A stretch of 39,574 bases of DNA from Psammoneis japonica (lineage: Eukaryota): the NCBI GenBank assembly GCA_008632985.1, contig QPGO01000068.1, positions 378,570 through 418,143 of the forward strand, written 5' to 3'. Position numbers and translations under genes: made by a program. Below are positions 1-12,199 of the stretch, piece after piece; within the stretch, counting starts at the first letter, position 1, and the number at the start of each line of letters is the position of its first letter. A model generated the notes under the pieces. The model was given only the letters and a program-made list of their open reading frames with translations, did no database searches and was not told where the DNA came from.

Positions 1-1695
1 GCAACTGCTAAAAAGCAAAAAGATCCCGACATGCCTTCTTTGCACGAGGCCATGCGCAGCGATGAATCCGAAGAGTGGGTTGAGGCCATGAAAATTGAAA
101 TTGACGCGCTGCTCCACCGACGTGCATGGGAAATGGTGCCAAGAACGGCAGATGTGAATGTGCTACCCGGCACATGGGCTTTCAAACTCAAACGACTCCC
201 GGATGGTGCGCCCTTGAAGTGCAAGGCACGACATTGCGTTCGCGGCGATTTGCAGAAACACGGGATCGATTTTTTCGAGACCTGCACGCCGGCAGTGCAA
301 TGGTCGTCCATGCGCCTTCTCCTCACCACGGCACTCAAGGAAGGTTGGACTGCACGTCAAGTGGACCACACTACAGCCTTCTGCCAAGCTGATGTCAAGG
401 AGAAGGTCTGTGCAGAGCCTCCCAAGGGTTTCCAGCCAAAATTGGGCGCCGATCTGGCACCAAAATTGTTGAAAGGCCCACACGGCCTGCGCCAGTCTCC
501 CAAGTGCTTCTGTGAAAAGCTGAGGGACGGATTGCTCGAAAGAGGATGGATTCAATCCGCCATTGACCCTTGTCTTTATTTCAAAAAGGGCATGTCATGT
601 GTGGCACATGTTGATGATGCCATGTTCGCCGGCGCATCGGCCCAAGCCTTGGAAGCAGAGATTGCCAAGTTGGGCATTTCCAACGATGAGCAACGCCATG
701 TCTTTGATCTACGTGATGAAGGCGAAGTCGGTAACTTTCTGGGTGTCAAGATTCAAAAGCTCGAAGACGGCCGATTCCTCCTGACCCAACCCGGCCTGAT
801 TGAGAAAGTTCTCCGCACCGCACAGATGACTGAGTGCAACGGCGCACCCACTCCTGCCTTGCCCGCTCCTGCTGGCAGCGACACCGACGGGCCACCGTTC
901 GACGAGCCTCATGACTGCCGTTCCATGGTCGGCATGCTGATGCATCTAGCGTCCAACAGCCGCCCGGACATTGCTCACGCGACCCATCAAGTCGCGCGGT
1001 TCTCCTGCGTACCCAAGGCCTCCCACGCTGTGGCTGTCAAGCGCATTCTTCGTTGCCTGAAGGATGCGGCCGACAAAGGACTTATCCTAACTCCAACCGC
1101 CGATCAACGACTCGACTGCCATGTTGATGCTGATTTCGCGGGACTCTTCAGTGTTGAAGATGGACAAGATCCCACGTCTGTCAAGTCACGTGCGGGACAT
1201 GTCATTTATTATGCTGGATGTCTGATTGTCTGGGTGTCCAAGTTACAGACCCTCATCGCACTCTCTACCATGGAAGCCGAGTGTGTCGCCCTCTCCCAAG
1301 CGATGCGTGATCTCATCCCCCTTCGCGAGATCGTGAAGGAAATCAACGCGCTCGTTTTCGGACAGCCGGACAGACAGACCGATATTTCGACACATTCGAA
1401 GGCTTTCCGACACGCCAACGACGGAACTGAGGATTCTCCCATTGACTCTACTAACCTCCCAGCATCCGTTGTGTACGAAGATAATGCTGCCTGCCTCCAA
1501 TTCGCCCGCATGCCAAAATTATCCCCACGAACCAAGCACATCGGCATTCCCTGCCATTGGTTTCGTACTAAAGTTGAGGCTTTGGAGATCAAAATTGAGC
1601 CTGTGAGCTCAGCTGCACAGCTTGCTGACCAGTTTACTAAAGGATTGACTGTTGATCTATTCCGCACTGGTCGCAAAGCCCTCATGGGCTGGTGA
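1..1695 (+). pseudogene. pol: Copia pol (RT + RNase H), open frame but missense-hypermutated
   Basis: Frame open from base 1 to TGA at 1693-1695, ending LMGW. Conserved Tyr replaced by Cys/His: KCKARHC, ETCTP, DHTTAF, AHVDD, CHVDADF, EAECVAL. Confidence 0.88.
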
Positions 1696-1722
1696 CTGAT
1701 GGTTCTCCTTCTCTTTTCGGTT

Positions 1723-1731
1723 GAGAGGGAG
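1723..1731 (+). other. Polypurine tract of Copia 1
   Basis: GAGAGGGAG about 28 nt after the pol stop. Confidence 0.75.
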
Positions 1732-1996
1732 AGTCACGAGTCAACAACCGAGTCTGATTCACGGATGACGCTTCCGGTCATGGATCTCTTCTTCCGGAAG
1801 AAATGTCCGTTGAGTCTTCTAGCGACAGTAATCGGAGTGACACACACGACCGTCAGGTCACAATGTCATCTCCAATCCCTCGTGAGATCTTCTCACAGTT
1901 CGCATCTTTGGCGCATCTCATTGTCCCAAAACTGCTTCTTGTCATCCTCTGTTGTGTTGCACAACCTCAAGAGAGTCCTGAACTCTCCATCCTACA
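1732..1996 (+). repeat. Putative 3' LTR of Copia 1 (AGTCAC...CCTACA)
   Basis: Starts directly after the PPT. Right end inferred from CTACA and by analogy to the Copia 2 LTR end; partner LTR is outside the window. Confidence 0.55.
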
Positions 1997-1999
1997 CAG

Positions 2000-2690
2000 T
2001 GCATTGTTGTGTCCCAAGTGGAGGCAGCAGAAGGCAGAGCATGGCTCGACGCAAACTCACCAAGGGCGGCGATTGAGTCATTCACACCAACAGTCGCAGG
2101 TCTGGAACTGGTCGTAGATGAGGGTGCAGGCTGTGGGTTCTGCGGGGTGGGGCATGAGAGAGAACTCCTTCCAATCCTTGTAGTTCCACATCATGTTGGG
2201 ATCAACGTCAATGTGGTGTGCAGAGATGACAACGCACATGATTTGATCGTGGTTCCGGAGATTGGTCTTGATGATCGACGAGAGAGATGTGGGCGTCATG
2301 CGGATCACACGAGGCCTGGTGGAGTCAACAATGTGGAACGCAGCTTCATCCACAATCGTCTTGACAGGCTGCATGTCCGCAGGATGAACCGTGCAAGGTG
2401 GGAACGCTGTGTTGACGAGGTGATCTCAAAATGTGTCAACAAAATCTTTCTTCGGTTGAGTGTGTTCTGGATCATCAAAGAACGGGTCCAGATCAAACAT
2501 TGAATGCGCGTGTGTCTTGTTCAAAGTTGCACGGAAATGAGGTGTTGTTGCATGTTCTTGAAATTCACAATGGATCTCTGCAATGGACATTGGAGCGGCC
2601 TTTGCAAGGTCAGGAGACGCCATGGTTTCACTTGGTGAGGGCATTTTTGGTCATGCACACGTGGAAATCTGGCATGTTTCTATGATCGTG
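2000..2690 (-). pseudogene. Degenerate ORF of unknown function
   Basis: ORF pieces 2426-2644 and 2078-2374 are in one frame and continue past TGA stops (probable CGA->TGA); protein-like sequence, no family recognised. Confidence 0.3.
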
Positions 2691-2999
2691 AAACATGCTG
2701 GGAAAGCAAGAAAAAAAATGTCATTGGAACAGATGATGAGGCTTGCTTGGTCGGCTCACAAAACAAATGAATCGAGACAGAAAGCTTGGCGCAGAGTTCT
2801 GTGGCACAGCGCAAGGCCACAACCTGACAGAATGCCGAAGGTCAATGATGACAGAGGCGTGAAAGACTCCCCAAGCACTGGGACTGTGACAACACCAGTG
2901 CTGGCAGATGAGAAAGTGAGAGGCAGATCTCAGAGAGATCTGCTCGTCCATCTAAATGGTCCGGTCATCATCCGCATGTAGTCTGTCCATCGTGCGACA

Positions 3000-3550
3000 G
3001 GCAGACTGACAGTGCCAGTTGTGGTCACTCCTGACCCTGTCAACAAGATCATGCCAGAGCTTGGAGAGTTCTGGGCAGGACTCCATGGAGACATCATTGG
3101 GGTCACAGAATTCTGTGCACAAGCTCTGCAGCAGGATTGTCAGGTGACAAATGCATTGGCCATTGCCAGCAAAAAACAGCAGGAAAGAGGCAATTTTGTG
3201 GACACATGAAACATGAACTCATCCATGTGCTTGCACTGCATCGTTTCCAGTTTGCCCAGGCACTTTTTAAGATGCTGACGAAAATGCCCAGCCCATTTTT
3301 GTTCTCATCATGAGTGGGTAAAACAAAAAGGCTTTGGTTTAACAGGGAAGAGCATGAAACAATTTTGCAGAAAAGCCAAACGCAAAAATGTGCGCACCCA
3401 ACATGTTGATGTGGTGCATTGATCAAAAAACATTCACACCACAGTCCAGTGGTGCAAGGTCCAACCTGGAGCTGGACACAGTGTTGATGGGGAGCTGCAA
3501 AGATGGCCTTGTCATTGCAGAACAGGTCTTGCACAGTTTCAAGGCAATTG
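3000..3550 (-). pseudogene. Decayed member of an unidentified gene family, related to 12200-13950
   Basis: Shares CACAGAATTCTGTG..CAAGCTCTGCA, AAAGAGGCAATTTTG and AACTCATCCATG with 13105-13212; peptides QNCLF, AEL.HRIL, IFAAP. Confidence 0.35.
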
Positions 3551-6500
3551 CTGAAGACATTGCTGCTGGAAATCCACAGTTAGAGTCAAGCCATGTGGAA
3601 GTGTCTTCATGGAGCACGTTTGAAAAATTCCAAGCCTTGGCAGGGCTGTTGACAGTGCAGCTGACACAGCACAAATTGGTGCCCAGCCACTGGACACAAG
3701 CCTTGACAAAATTCAGATGAATGATGGCAGGGACAATGGCGGTCATTTGGTGGACAATGTCAGGGATGACAGTGGTGGAGATGAGCAGCCAGAGAACATT
3801 GACATCAACTGCAAAACAAACAGTGATGACACCAGGGGGGGAGCACAGGCAAACTTTGTGGCTTGAAGATCCATGCGCTGCTTGATGAGAACAACAAGAC
3901 AGATTTTCCACAAACTCAGCAGTTTGCTGGTTGATTCTTCCATGCATTTGACTTGAGCCACACACCCTCATCTTTTGATCCAGGAATCAAGAATGTGCTG
4001 AAGCTGGCGATGCAGTGCCCAGTGATCACACAGGCAACAATTGAGTTGAACAAGGGTTGCTGGGAGGGAATGATCAATTTTCTTACATTGCATCATGTGG
4101 CACAACAGTTCTTGAGAACATTCTGGATCATTTTTGTTGCAGCTGGGAGCAGTGCAGCACAGACATGTCTGAATGTGCCCTCTTCAAGCAAAGGAGAAAG
4201 GAGGTGACAACATTGCAGTGGTCCATGATGTGGCTCTTGCTTGCAAATCCTCAGTTGAGAGGAGCAGGCTGGCCCCTCACTGGAGCAGTGCTTCAAGGCT
4301 GTTGAAAACATGCAACTTTGGGAAAACTCAAGGAGTGCATTGGTGTCTCAAATGTGCATGTGCTGGGGCAAAAAGAAAAAGCACCAAGGGTGGCTTGAAT
4401 CTGTGGTTGTGCACAGTTGTGCACCTGGCACATCCAGCAACTTGCAACAGAAAATGTGGGTGGCCTTTGGACCTCATGGTGTTGGCAGGAAGGCCGGCCA
4501 TTTTCTGTCAGTCCTTGTGACACACTGCTTTCACATGAACACTGACATCAACGTCAAGTGCAAGGATTCACTGAGCTCAGATTCAAGCACTGCAGCTGCT
4601 CAGATTTGACCTGTCTCCACAACACATTGGCCAAAATTGCTGTTGCAGCTGGCTCACTGAGCTGCAATTCAAACATGACACCCTCTTTCTGGCTCAGCAC
4701 ATGAAGTTCTTGAGAGAGCTGCTGCTGCACACTGCCCACCTGTGGAAGATGATGTGCTTGTTTGACAAACTCATGAGCGACAATCCACCAAAACCTGCAA
4801 CAGAAACATGGAAAGATTTGACAGCACTGCTTGAGAAGAAGTCAGAGGATGCACAGCCATTTTTTCAAAGTTTCTGTCCACACTTTGTTGATGCCATCAC
4901 AGCTAGAAAGCAACACAGGACTTTGTCACAAGTGAGGATGCTGCTGCAAAGGCAGGCTGCCACAGCCTTTTGAAAAATCTTGTTCAGCCATCTCACAAAA
5001 ATGAGAGTGCCACAGCTTCATGACCATTTCAAGAAAGAACAAGCAGCAGTTTCACCAAACCTGATGATGATGACTTTGGCACAACTGCAACAAAGGTGGC
5101 TTTTACCGGCAATGTGCTCCAGAACCTGGTGTGCTGTTGCCACCACTGGCAGCAGTGGAATGGACTGAGAAAGCAGTCAGCAGCAATGGATGTTTGAGAA
5201 GCAAGGATTGTTGCTCTGTGGTGCCACCTGAACAGCGCCCCCATCTGGCAAGATGTTGTGCTCACAGATGATGGCAAAACTGCAAGCTGGTAAAAAGCAA
5301 TGGTGCTCACACTGGTGCCCATGACTCTGAAGAGAAATGAGAGCAAGTGCTTGTCACAGCGTGCGAACAACAATGCAAAGAAAGGATGAAAAGAGGGCAA
5401 CAAAAATGGCAAGGCAGCAGAGCAGCAACAGCAAGCAGATTGATGCCAGTGCAGGCTTGACTGCATTCACATTTGGCACCAACTTCACACATGACAAGCG
5501 CTCCTGCATTTTCAGAGCAGGAGCAATTTGGCTGCAAGTTGCAGCTTGCTGTTGCACAACAGCTGTCACCTGGTGTGCAAACACCATGGTGGCACACCAT
5601 GTGTGCTCACCATGAGACACTGCATTGCCAGGAGGAAGCAATTTTGTATGACAAAAATTTTGTCATGACAAAAAGCGGGAAAGCAGCTCAATGTTGCAGC
5701 ATGCTTTTGCTTTTTGCACCATTGTTGCATCTGGTGTCTCCCTGTGCTAGGTTGATGGATCTTCCGATGCTGACATTGGGCTTTTGTGCTGTGCAACCAT
5801 CAAAAATGGTGTTCTCCACCACGTCTCTGTGCACAGACATGTCCGGAGGCAAGTGGCGCCACTTTTCGACTGACATGATCTTTCCAGACGTTTGCCTTGT
5901 GTGGGATGTAACGACCAGCGTCATGGTGCGACTTCAAGCATGTTTGTTTCGAGCGGCGACTCCATGATTCGTGATTCTCGTCAAGGTCACTGAGCAAAAA
6001 AGATCCAACATAACGATCAGCTCAAGACAAGCTTTGCTCCTTCTCTACAATCGAATATTACACGCTAGAAGATGAAACTGTAATTTTAAACTCTCTAAGA
6101 AAAGTTCAAATAAGAAAATGTAACAACACGTACGAGTAGTAGCGTACAAGTAACAGCTGCGACCCAACCACTGCTATTTGTAAGAGGAGTCGCTGTATCC
6201 AAGCTGCCAAGGTAAATGAGGTAACAAACATACAATACAAACATGCTCAACGAGTCTGTGAAGCTCTTTGTCTGGAACTTGCATGGAAGATTCCAGAATG
6301 TTTGTCTTGAGACGCAACCGTTTTTGGGACGTTTTTCATCCTCTCTTCGTCAGGCCGTTTTCGACCTACGCATCCCATTCAGCATTGTCCCCGTTGTCTC
6401 GGTTCGTGAAAGACGTGGAAGCGTACGCTACCCACGTCGTGCAGCAGGACCCGTACCATCCGCCAAGACGTCTCTTGTTGCACCGTTGCCTCCTTTACAC

Positions 6501-6561
6501 CTTTGCTTCTCCCAGGGCGACCGGCTTAAAGAGCTCTGGGGTCCAACAATGCCTCTTGCAG

Positions 6562-9500
6562 TCATCTCCTGAAAAAATTGACCCTTCTCCTCCTCGGGCG
6601 AGGTCGGAACGTCGGACGTGGCGGCGGCGGATCGGGATCCAACCGGCATTCTCCATCCTTGTTGAAAGCCTTAAAGGCGTCTCTCAGCGAAGCATAGTTT
6701 TGGTCGTTTCGGCTGTTAAACGCGTCAACAAAGGCATCAATTATCTCGTTCTTCTCTAATGGGTAATCAACGTCACTGTTCGCCGCATTCAAAAGTGCAG
6801 CCACTGTCTGCTTCCCGAGACCCCGCTTGGTCGTTCCTCCTTGTGCCAACACCTTTTGTAGTGTTTTTCTTCCATAGGCCTTGATGCCAACCACGTCCCT
6901 GAACAAGTCGCCTGGATTGTACGGGTCCCCCCACTGGCCAGTGTTCTTCTTCCAGAATCGTACACTGCAACCTTCTTCCAGCTCATCGGTCCCATCGCTA
7001 TACGATGTCATGTCCGAATCTTCAGCATCTAGATCCAATCCGTTTTCCGTGTACTCTGCTGTAACGGTAGCGGTGGTTTCATACCTACCAGTACCTGCGG
7101 TGCCGCTTTCAGCGTATCGCCAAACTTCGTCAAGGTCAAGCTTTCCGTCAGAGTTTACGTCTCCTTCTTCCACCATCAGAAATCTATCGAGCGTACTATC
7201 ATACACTTGAACATTGGAGAGGGGAACGTTGCCTTTGTTTGTGACAGTGTAGTTAAACACAACTGTTTCTCCTGGTGTGATTGTCAAGCCATCATCGTTG
7301 TTTGCTGTAACGTCGATTTTAACAGCCGACGCGATGCCAAAGAAATCGTCGGATATCGTTGCTCTCCAGTTTTTCCTTCTAGCCCTGCCTCTGGCTCTCA
7401 AATTGACTGTGTTATCGCCAGCTTTAGCCACCTTTTCGACACGGTAGATCCACGTCTCATTTAAATCGAGTCGGTTGTTATTATTCGAGTCGCCGCTCTC
7501 ATAAAAGACTGGAGCATTGGAAGTTTCTCGTACTCGAACAAGTCTTAGACGACGATCTCCCGTGTTGGACACATTGTATCTCAGCACCATGGGCTTGTTT
7601 TCCTCTACCACAGATGGCGTAGGGTTTTCTGCAGAAGCAACCAATTCAATGAACGTTGTTGGCTCAGGCGGCGGCGGCTCGATAGTGGGAACAGAGGGCG
7701 ACGTCGATGGAGCAAAGGAAGGAATTTCTGAGGGTACTGCACTTGGTAGACGACTTGGAGTTTCCGAGAGCGAAACAGATGGTATACTACTTGGCACATT
7801 AGATGGCAATGCCGATGGCAATGCGCTGTCCTCTCCAGTTGGCGTTACGCTTGGGACCGCTGAAGGGGCTTCTGATGGGGCCGCACTGGGTGCCGCCGAT
7901 GGTTTCGACGATGGTGCATTGCTAGGAACCGATGAAGGGGCAAAGAACGGTGCCATCGACGGTTCATTGCTCGACGAAGGGGCCAATGATGGTACTGTGC
8001 TTGGTAAGCTAGATGGTGGTACCGATGTAGACGGTGCATTGGTTGGAGCCAAGGAAGGAGCTGATGATGGTGCTGCGGAAGGTACATTGGACGGTGTCCC
8101 CGATGGCACTGAGCTAGCTTCTTCAGACGGTGCGTTACTTGGAACCGCTGAAGGGAGTCTTGAAGGCGCAGCACTGGACACAGCCGAAGATTTTGACGAT
8201 GGTGCAGTGCTAGGAGCCGTTGATGGCGCTGCGCTGTCTCCTCCAGTTGGTGTTACGCTTGGAACCGCTGAAATGTCGTCTGATGGGACCGCACTAGGCA
8301 CAGCCGACGGTCTCGACGATGGTGCATTGCTAGGAGCTGATGAGGGAGCAAAGAAGGGTGCCATAGACGGTTCATTGCTAGAAGAAGGGGCCAATGATGG
8401 TACTGTGCTTGGTAAGCTAGATGGTGGCGCCGATGTAGACGGTGAATTGGTTGGATACAGAGAAGGAGCTGATGATGGTGCTGCGGAAGGTACATTGGAC
8501 GGTGTCCCCGATGGCACTGAGCTAGCTTCTTCAGACGGCGTGTTACTGGGAACCGCTGAAGGGATTGTTGAAGGTACTACACTGGACACAGCCGAAGGTT
8601 TCGACGATGGTGTATTGCTTGGAGCCGTTGATGGCGCTGCACTGTCTCCTCCAGTTGGCGGTACGCTTGGAACCGCTGAAGTGGCGTCTGATGGTACAGC
8701 CGATGGTTTCGACGATGGTGCATCGCTAGGAGCCGTTGATGGCGCTGCACCGTCTCCTCCAGTTGGCGTTTCGCTTGGAACCGCTGAAGGTGCCTCTGAT
8801 GGTACCGCACTAGGCACAGCCGACGGTTTCCACGATGGTGCATTGCTAGGAGCTGATGAGGGAGCAAAGAACGGCGCCATAGACGGTTCATTGCTTGAGG
8901 AAGGGGCAATGATGGTGCAGCGCTCGGTAAGCTAGATGGTGGCGCCGATGTAGACGGTGAATTGCTCGGAACCAAAGAAGGAGCTGATGATGGTACCTCA
9001 GACGGAATATAAGACGGTGTCCCCGATGGTACTGAACTGTCTTCTTCAGACGGTGTAGTGCTTGGAACCACTGAAGGGAATTTAGACGGTACGGCACTGG
9101 ACCCAGATGGTGTCGCGCTAGGTGAGTTGCTGGGAGACCCACTCGGAACAGCGCTTGACGACTCGTCTGTCGGCTCGTTGCTCGGTACTGTGCTGGGTAT
9201 ATCAGATGGCTTCGCCGACAGCGCCTCGCTGGGTGCCGAACTGGGTACAGCGGACGGGCTTGTTGAAGGCACCGTAGACGGTTTCGCAGAAGGGGCATCA
9301 CCTGACTGGGCTGATGGACTAGCCGACGGCATATCACTGGGCGCCGAACTGGGCACAGCTGACGGGCTTGTTGTCGGCACCGTAGATGGTTGCAGCGAGG
9401 GCACATCACTGGGTTGAGCTGATGGACTAGTAGACGGCACAGCACTGGTTGGCGCAATCAGGACTTCCGAAGGCTGACTCGATGGCGCCAAGGATGGAGT

Positions 9501-9917
9501 TGACGAAGGCATGGAGCTTGGCGTACTGCTCGGAAACATGGACGGAAAATCGGAAGGTACCGCACTCGGCACTCCTGATGGCATGGCGCTAGGCGTTGTA
9601 CTCGGCGTGCCACTTGGAATGTCGGATGGGCTTGTCGAGGTGCCCACTGAAGGAGAGCTGCTCGGCATGCCCGACGGAGCACTGCTTGGTAAGGTGGAAG
9701 GCATCATTGATGGAGCCGACGAAGGCATGCCACTCGGGACATGCGACGGAGTCGACACGCTGCTCGGCATTGTCGAGGGAACATCACTTGGCGTTCCCGA
9801 TGGTGCCCCAGAAGGGAGAACGCTGGGCATCGTTGAAGGCACGTCACTTGGTTCATCAGTCTGACTTGAACCTGTGCACAGCAGAGCAAGGCATAAGCTC
9901 ACCCTTACAAGCCTCAT
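6562..9917 (-). CDS. Secreted Pro/Ser-rich (PSxxPS) repeat surface protein with two DUF11/DUF7507-like repeats and a C-terminal GCxxxFWK..AALLNA domain; 1-bp frameshift near 8907 (about 1118 aa if repaired)
   Basis: ATG at 9917 with signal-peptide-like MRLVRVSLCLALLCTGSS. ORFs 8577-9950 and 6562-8880 join if one C is restored. Two Y.V.N.G...L..V.V....GD.N..G/N.LDL.E.W.Y repeats. Normal TA and CG content. Confidence 0.8.
7843..9080. repeat. Intragenic tandem repeat, 408-bp (136-aa) unit, about 3 copies
   Basis: Equivalent positions at 7843, 8251, 8659; GGTACTGTGC at 7991 and 8399; peptide EPSMAPFFAPSS recurs three times. Confidence 0.85.
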
Positions 9918-10769
9918 TCTGGGACAGTTGCCAAACAACCTTTCCCCCAACTAATCCAACGAGTTTTTGCTGTTCACCTTCTGCACAGGACGAGACCACG
10001 AATTTCCCTTTCTAAAGTCTCTTGATTGTTACGGTTCGGCAACGACTGTTCGACACCAATTTCTTGATTGATTTGGTTTCTCAATGACCACAACACACAA
10101 ACCAAAAGGATGCATGGACCAATTTGGCAAGAATGGATCCAGTTCGGAGGGCAACAACTGCATGTTATGGGAAAAGATGAGGGCTTATTTCTTTGTGCTC
10201 GATTTAGAAAATGACCTTTTCCACAAGATTGCTGATGACCTCTTTATTAAGCCCGGTGTTGTGTTCACACTGCACCATACAGAGTATAATAATGCCCATT
10301 TTCAACGGAAATTGACTAGAGAAAATGACTCAATAGAGTCATTGAAGTGCTAAATCGATGAGCGCATGTAACGTCATGGCGTTAGGTAGGTATCTGCAGC
10401 ACCAATACAGACAGTACAATACAGCCAGCAGTCGCATTAGGGACATAAATGGGCATAAATCTTCTACATAAATGGCACGCCCGCCAATGCGGACCGGACG
10501 GTGGATGGAGACTAAAATTGTCCTGGTGCAGCTTGCATGGCAGCATGACATGCCGAGCACACTGCAAAGGCTGCTGCTTCTAGAGTGTTCCCTCTAATGA
10601 ATTCTGTGCATCCAGAGTTGCATTTTGCAAATCAAGTGCTCATGGTGCCGCATTGTCCAGCACTTGATGTGCGTGCTCAATTGAAGTGTTTGAGCTTCTT
10701 GCAGGTTTGTGTGTTTGCGGGCTTGTGTTCAGCACTGCAACACCTTGAGCCACAGCTCTGGGTTGGCAT

Positions 10770-11930
10770 CCAATGAGCTCACTTCTGTGGTCACAAGCAA
10801 GTGACAATGGCCAAGAATGTCTGCTTGATCATGTTCTTTCCAACAGCCCAGTGAGACAACTGTGGATTCCTTGCGCTTCAAAATTTCAGCCATTTCAAAC
10901 CACCCATTGCCAGGCAGGTCGCCGCCAAACAGCTGAGCAGGGCTGGGTTTTTTCTCTGCCCTTTTGGTGCATTTTGCACACAGGAACAATGCCAAGCAAA
11001 ACTGGCCTTTTGAGGAAGCTTCAATGGCTTAATTTGCATTGTGACAATCTTGTTGGCAGTGCTCCAGCCGAACTTGATGCTTTGCCAAATTTGACTGCCA
11101 TTGTTGTCAACAACAACGTGCTTTTGTGCGCCACTTCTCAAGCCACAGGTCATCTGCCATTTCTGGAGAGGTGTCAGTGGTTGGCAACAATGCATTGTTT
11201 GGCACCTTGCTTGATTTCTCGGGTGACCAAGACAACTTAAACAGATTTGATGCCCAGCCCTTGCAGCTTTCAGGGTGTCTCAATGGCTTCCTGGTCTGGG
11301 CTCCACCCTCTCTGCAAAAATTGGTTTTGGCAGACAACACCATTTTGGTCTTTGCCCCAGGCTGCTGGCAATTTTTTTAATCTCGAGTGGCCAGTTTTGC
11401 AACCGGCTTCTTCCCAACTGTGGCCGGTCTGTTGACTCAACTGAGCCTTCTGCGGGTGTCCAACAATTGGTTGAGTGAGCCAATGCCATCAGAAATGGGC
11501 TTGCTAAAAAAATTCAAAGAGCTCCATGCAGAAAAGAACAATTTTGCTGGCTTTTTGTCAAACAGAAATTGGAGATTGCAGCCCACTCAAGGAACTCAAT
11601 CTGTCACACAATGGCCCAATTGGCGGCATTCCTCAAGCCATTGCAGACCTCCCTTTCCTTGACGGACTTGATGCAAGTCACAACTTTTTCAACTCAACTG
11701 TTCCTGATGTCTCTGCCAACCAAGATTCCTTGTTTGGTTTTTGTGCAGGTGACAACAGAATTTCTGGAAATCTGGAATTTTTTTGTCACCACACCATCTG
11801 CCGCATTGCAGCAGCAGGTGCATGTGGGTGACAACCTTTTGAGTGGCAGTGTCCCACAATGAGTGGGCTTGGGTTGAATCCCAAGAATCATCTCTCCAGG
11901 AAGACACCATCAGAGCTGGTGCAGGAGCCA
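10770..11930 (+). pseudogene. Leucine-rich-repeat (plant-specific-type LRR) protein pseudogene
   Basis: Frameshifted pieces: GTMPSKTGLLRKLQWLNLHCDNLVGSAPAEL, LTQLSLLRVSNNWLSEPMPSEMGLLKKFKEL, EIGDCSPLKELNLSHNGPIGGIP, DNLLSGSVP. Confidence 0.85.
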
Positions 11931-12199
11931 CTCACCCCCGTGCACCATTTTTGCTGCCTTGTTTGTAGAACTGTGCTTGCACAGGAACTCTCTCTTGGGG
12001 ACAGTTCTTGAAAGTGTGGGCCCTTCCAGTCTTTGACACTGGCTTTTGTGTTTTGCTCACTGTGTTGTTTCTGCATTGAATCAATTGCAAAACCATCGGC
12101 TTAAAAGCAGAAATGTTTTGGCTTCATTTCAATGACCTTTCCAGGGATTTTGCAGCTTCTGTCAATGTGGAGACAACAGCTCTTCTGACCTTGACAAGC

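Larger units (their letters stand above)
1..1996 (+). mobile_element. Ty1/Copia LTR retrotransposon 1, 3' part (RT-RNase H, PPT, 3' LTR); truncated by window edge
   Basis: Copia RT motifs (LPGTWAFKLKR..KAR.CVRGD, HVDD for YVDD) and RNase H motifs (DADFAG, EAE.VALS, EDNAA, KHI, ADQFTK), then purine tract GAGAGGGAG and an LTR-like segment. Confidence 0.92.

Noticed and set aside
1693..1700. TGACTGAT at the Copia 1 pol stop as another readthrough site
   Set aside because: It is followed by the PPT and LTR, and the downstream 125-aa ORF has no protein-like features; probably coincidental.
3600..5800. Possible decayed genes here, and at 14000-15200, 34500-36600 and 38660-39190
   Set aside because: Some stretches look protein-like, but no family could be recognised and frames could not be fixed.
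7517..8935. 472-aa plus-strand Gly/Asp-rich ORF
   Set aside because: Antisense shadow of the Pro/Ser repeat; the minus strand has the signal peptide and globular domains.
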